A stretch of DNA of 63,514 nt, the filler included, from Craspedostauros australis (lineage: Eukaryota), in NCBI GenBank assembly GCA_030167865.1. It is 21 parts of 21 records of this genome, joined end to end, with 100 filler letters (N's around TTAATTAATTAA, not from the genome) between each part and the next. Parts side by side here need not be neighbours in the genome. Positions count along the whole stretch, not along the records: positions 58,856 to 63,514 come from JALAGF010001225.1; 20 more parts are not named here. One strand, 5' to 3'. A program made the translations under genes and the position numbers. Shown piece by piece: positions 59,473 to 63,514 of the stretch; position 1 is the stretch's first letter, and each line of letters opens with the position of its first letter. Below the pieces are notes generated by a model that saw nothing but the letters and a program-made list of their open reading frames with translations, searched no databases and was not told the DNA's origin.

Positions 59473-61517
59473 CCCTTTATCGGCCTTTTTCAAATGGACG
59501 ACGTACGGACAAGAATCCGGAATTTTTTCGTTGGTAACCACTGGTAACCACGTAGAGTCTACGACATCCTGGTACAGAAATTTGTTGCTTCTTGGTCCAA
59601 TCTCGACCGGCGGCCTTCCAAAGACCCGCATCCAATTTTGTTTCGTCTATTACTCAAGTGAATGGCATGGCTGTATTCGCCACTTCATTCTGCTTTGGGT
59701 GGTGTGCTGGTCAGCGGTGCAGGATGCCTTTGGGTGTTGCTTTGGGTGTTTGAAGTCAGTCACTAATGCTCGTGACAGCCATGATCATCGATCCGTGAAC
59801 GCACAACACTTGGCGCCAAAAATATCGTGTGTTGTTACGTGTTGTTGATTCCGACTGCACTCCTCACCTGAGTCTGGCTACTTCATGCGAGGTTGTGCAT
59901 CGCCCTGACGTCGGATCATCGTTCGGTTGCCTTCAATCGACGCAGTATCCTCTCATGCACCCGTCCATGTAGTCTTGGTCTTCGTCCTTCACTTCCTCCA
60001 AAGATATACCAACTGTCCTCCACATCAGTATTCCTCCAAGTATCACAATCAACTCGTCCACCACCAACACTCCTCTTCACCATGCCTCTCAAAGTTGGTT
60101 CCCACGTCCTCTCCAACTTCAACCATCCCTCCCACGGATCTCATGGCGAGAAGGTCCCTCTCCGTGGCATTGTGCTGAAGTCCCTTGCTGATCGCGTCTG
60201 GGCGATCCACTGGACCGTGCTCGAGGTTGTGTGTGACCACCAAGCTGCGACGTTGAAGCTGATCAACGAACCCATCCACCATGCCCCTCCTGACAAGATT
60301 ACCGACCTCATCCACACCCGCTACATTGGGAAGGGTGTGTTGGCACTGCGACGTTTCCAGAAGAAGTGTGCATTCATCGTTGCGCCCCATGCAGCGCTCC
60401 AGATTGGCTCAGCAGTCAGGAACATGATCGCTGGTGTATCCATCGCCCGCGAATCGATTTCAAACCACCCCAATCGCTCCCATCATGGCCATTCTGAACC
60501 GATGCCAAGTGGTCCTCCCGCTGGATCAGACTCTGCCCCTCGCTCTCGTCGCGTCAAAGGAGCAATCTCCAATGGCGACGAGCTTCGCGCTGACGGTCAC
60601 AGCAGCCGCCGCGATGCTTCTGATGCTTCTGATGCTTCTGATGGAGCTGATGGAGCTGATGGCGGCGGCAAGGTGCCAATGGGCGACGACGCCAGCATCT
60701 TGTCAGTCCATGATGGACCGCATCTCGACTACTCCTTTTGAGGCGACCGACTGGCCGACGCAGTTCCGCACAGGGCAGCCAAGCTTGCCCTTATGGGGAC
60801 GAATGTGGTTGTGGGAAAGGGCCTCGACAATCAGACCTGGATTGTGGTTCCTGACAACCACATCCAGGCCCACAGCCCTTTGCTATGCAAGACTGTGGCA
60901 GTGACTGGGTTTAACTTCCACGACACATTGCAAAAGTCAAGCAGCAACCGAAGGGGCCNTGCCAACTTGTTGCACCTCATNCAACACATCTGGCCAGGTG
61001 ACTGGAAAGCGCAGGTGGACTGCTTCAACCAGCGGATCACCAATGCGAATCCAGCAAGAAATTCGATCGGAATCTCTTGCACCTTCTCCGACAGCGAGTT
61101 CTGGGCGTTTTGGGGATCATTCTTCTGGGAAATCTGCACGCCACCTGCAACCTGTGGGGCCAGGGGCAACAGGAGGGGTTCCTGCAGACTATGAACATCT
61201 TGAACTACATGTCCAAAGGACGCTTCCGCCAACTCCGAGAGATTCTGATGCCAATGATATTTGCGGATGAATCAAGGAGGGGCGAGGATCCATGGTGGCA
61301 GATTCAGGCAGGCGTTGAGGCATTCAACCGCTGCTGCTCCGAAGTCGTCATACCAAGTCATATCAAAGTACTTGATGAATCGATGAGTGCTTTTCAGCCT
61401 CAAGAAAAGAAAAATGGGAACCTGCCACACCTGACATTCGTCAGTCGCAAGCGAGAGCCCTTAGGGACTGAGTTCAAGTCGGTGACTGATGGTGCAACTG
61501 GCATCATGCTGCACCTG
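59473..61517 (+). mobile_element. Decayed piggyBac element (5' end and frameshifted transposase), cut by an LTR
   Basis: Candidate terminus TCAA|CCCTTT. Transposase motifs WPGDW, YMSKGRF, DPWWQI, VLDESMSAF and LPHLTFVSRKREPLGTEFK occur with stops and frameshifts. Confidence 0.88.
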
Positions 61518-62041
61518 TGTTGGCAAGTTCCGTGATTGGAAGCCTACGATCGTGGAAGACAGTGTTGATTGATAGTTGGTCTGTTTGCTATTTCATTACG
61601 TTGGCACTCCGATCCTCTCGGTGTCCATTCTCTTGCCCGATGCTCTTGGCGCGTTTGACTGTCTCGTAGATTGGGTCTCCGACTATGAGTTGGTACGTGA
61701 GATGCTCTCTCACTGCTATCGTATTCTCTCTCTCTCTCTCCCAATATTCCGTGTTCATGTTACATGATACTCCGTATTCGATGCGTGCTCCGCACTCAAC
61801 GCTCTGTTCGTTCACTACTGGTTCCTACTCCAAGAGTACTTACCACTCGAACTCCTCTTCGTGTATCCATGATCTCGATGCCCTTCTGTCATCGAATCTT
61901 CACCTTCTGCTTCTGACATGGAGACAGGTGTCAACGTGGTGACACGGTGACATCCTGTCGACATCAGTAGACGTCCTTCTGCTCTCCAGATGTCACGTTC
62001 CATTGGTGATGCGATGGTCTCTCAGATGATATCGTCATCTG
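61518..62041 (-). mobile_element. LTR-like repeat 1
   Basis: Begins TGTTGG where transposase homology stops. It is a diverged direct repeat of 62954-63474. Confidence 0.75.
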
Positions 62042-62953
62042 TTGGAAATTCGGGGTTACAGTAGTAGACTAATCTGTTATCAGTCTGTACTGTTTTAGAA
62101 CTGTGAGCACAACATGCTCATCTCCTTTCGATTCCAATTCCATGACAAGCATGATCTGCGGTGGCTGCCCATGGTCACGCTCTCATGCATGGCTACGTTC
62201 ATCTGCATCCTCATCTTGCATTCACATTGGTTCATCGCCTGCTTTGCTTGATGTTGGTGAGCACCTACATTCATCTGGTCCATACTCGTAGACCTGTAGG
62301 TACCTCACCTCCGGTCTCGTGTCACCTCACTGGTCCCACTTCGGTTCATGTCACCACATCCCTCTGCGGGTCATCTTGATGGTTACCTCTGCATCTTTGG
62401 AACTTATCGTCATCTGGATCGTGGTCTTGGGCGATTAGGGATCGCCTCTGTTTTGCTTTCTCACATTAGGTTCTCAGGGATGCATCGACTTGTTCAGATA
62501 TATCGGTTGTCGCGCTCATTCGATTCACTCATGGGCTGATGTATTGTTATTGCCATAGATCTCTCGATTCCCGACCGTTATCGGGACATGACCGAGTAGG
62601 CCACTGGATGAAGGTGCTTGGACATCGCATATGACAGGTAAGGCCATTGGGCTGTCCGAGTGCAACTGGTCGATTGCTGGGTTGCGGTTTGTCTGGAAGA
62701 TACTATTGGGTGTTGAGGCAATCATGGGTATCTTTTCACAAAATACCATTGTGATTCCAGTCATTCCCAATGGGGTATGCGGTAGAACGCGGTATCTTTG
62801 CAAAGTCGTACCCCCGATTCCTGACAGTCATCTGGTACCTCGAGTTTCGCTCAATGGAGGTGGTTGTAAGGGTCATAATTTCATAACCTGTCAGCCTTGT
62901 TCACCCCGATTTCAAGTCACGAACATCAGTCCCGTATCCAAATCTGCCCCCAA

Positions 62954-63474
62954 TGTTGGCAAGTTCCGCGCACGGTAACCTACGATCGTGGAAGATGGTG
63001 TTGGTTGATAGTCGTTCGTTTGCTATTTCATTACTTGGCTACTCCGATGCTCTCGGTGTACGCCCGTTCTCTTGCCCGATGCTCTCGGTGCTTCAATCTG
63101 TTTTGTAGATTTGGTCTCCGACTATGAGTCGGTACGCGAGATGCTCTCTCGCTCCTCTTTGTATTCTCTCTCTCTCAACATCGTGTGCTCGTCGCACACG
63201 ATACTCCGTGTTCGATACGTACTCCGTATTCGACACTCCGTTCATTCAGTACTGGNTCCTACTCCNTGAGTACTCGCCATTTGAAGTTCACCTTCTGTAT
63301 CCATGATGCTGATGCCCTTCGGTCATCGGATCTTCGCCTCCTGCTCTGACTTGGAGACAGATGTCGACATGGTGACATGATGACATCCTGTCGACGTCAG
63401 TAGGTGTCCTTCTGCTCTCCAGATGTCACATTCCATTGGTGATGCAGTGGTCTGTCAGATGATATCGTCATCTG
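62954..63474 (-). mobile_element. LTR-like repeat 2 with adjacent PBS-like sequence
   Basis: On the minus strand it ends ...CCAACA, followed by TTGGGGGCAG (TGG-initiated, like a primer-binding site). Confidence 0.75.
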
Positions 63475-63514
63475 AGGTTTAGTTGGGAAGTACCTCGAGA
63501 TTCTCTTGGTACCA

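Overview
This window is eukaryotic, almost certainly diatom, DNA: it carries a silicon transporter, plastid-targeting signal+F presequences and CoDi-type Copia sequence. It is not one locus. It is 21 small contigs joined by 20 artificial 100-bp linkers (N44-TTAATTAATTAA-N44), so adjacency across linkers means nothing. Housekeeping genes include Mpv17/PMP22, DUF2358-SOUL, TM9SF, plastid PNPase, LST8, an RluA pseudouridine synthase, aspartoacylase and SIT. Transposon debris includes piggyBac (two pieces), Copia, a LINE, a Sola-like transposase, Harbinger-like, CACTA-like and TA-flanked MITEs, and LTRs. Main points of interest: (1) a multicopy ankyrin-BTB family whose 102-bp repeats have a near-invariant scaffold but vary strongly at the ligand-binding positions, like a natural DARPin repertoire; (2) a spliced selenoprotein U gene with an in-frame UGA in its UxxC motif, missed by the ORF track; (3) a Crinkler/RHS-like NTPase plus restriction-endonuclease-fold gene; (4) a modular 59/65-bp minisatellite that resembles CRISPR but is not one. 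All family assignments come from motif recognition by eye; no searches were run.
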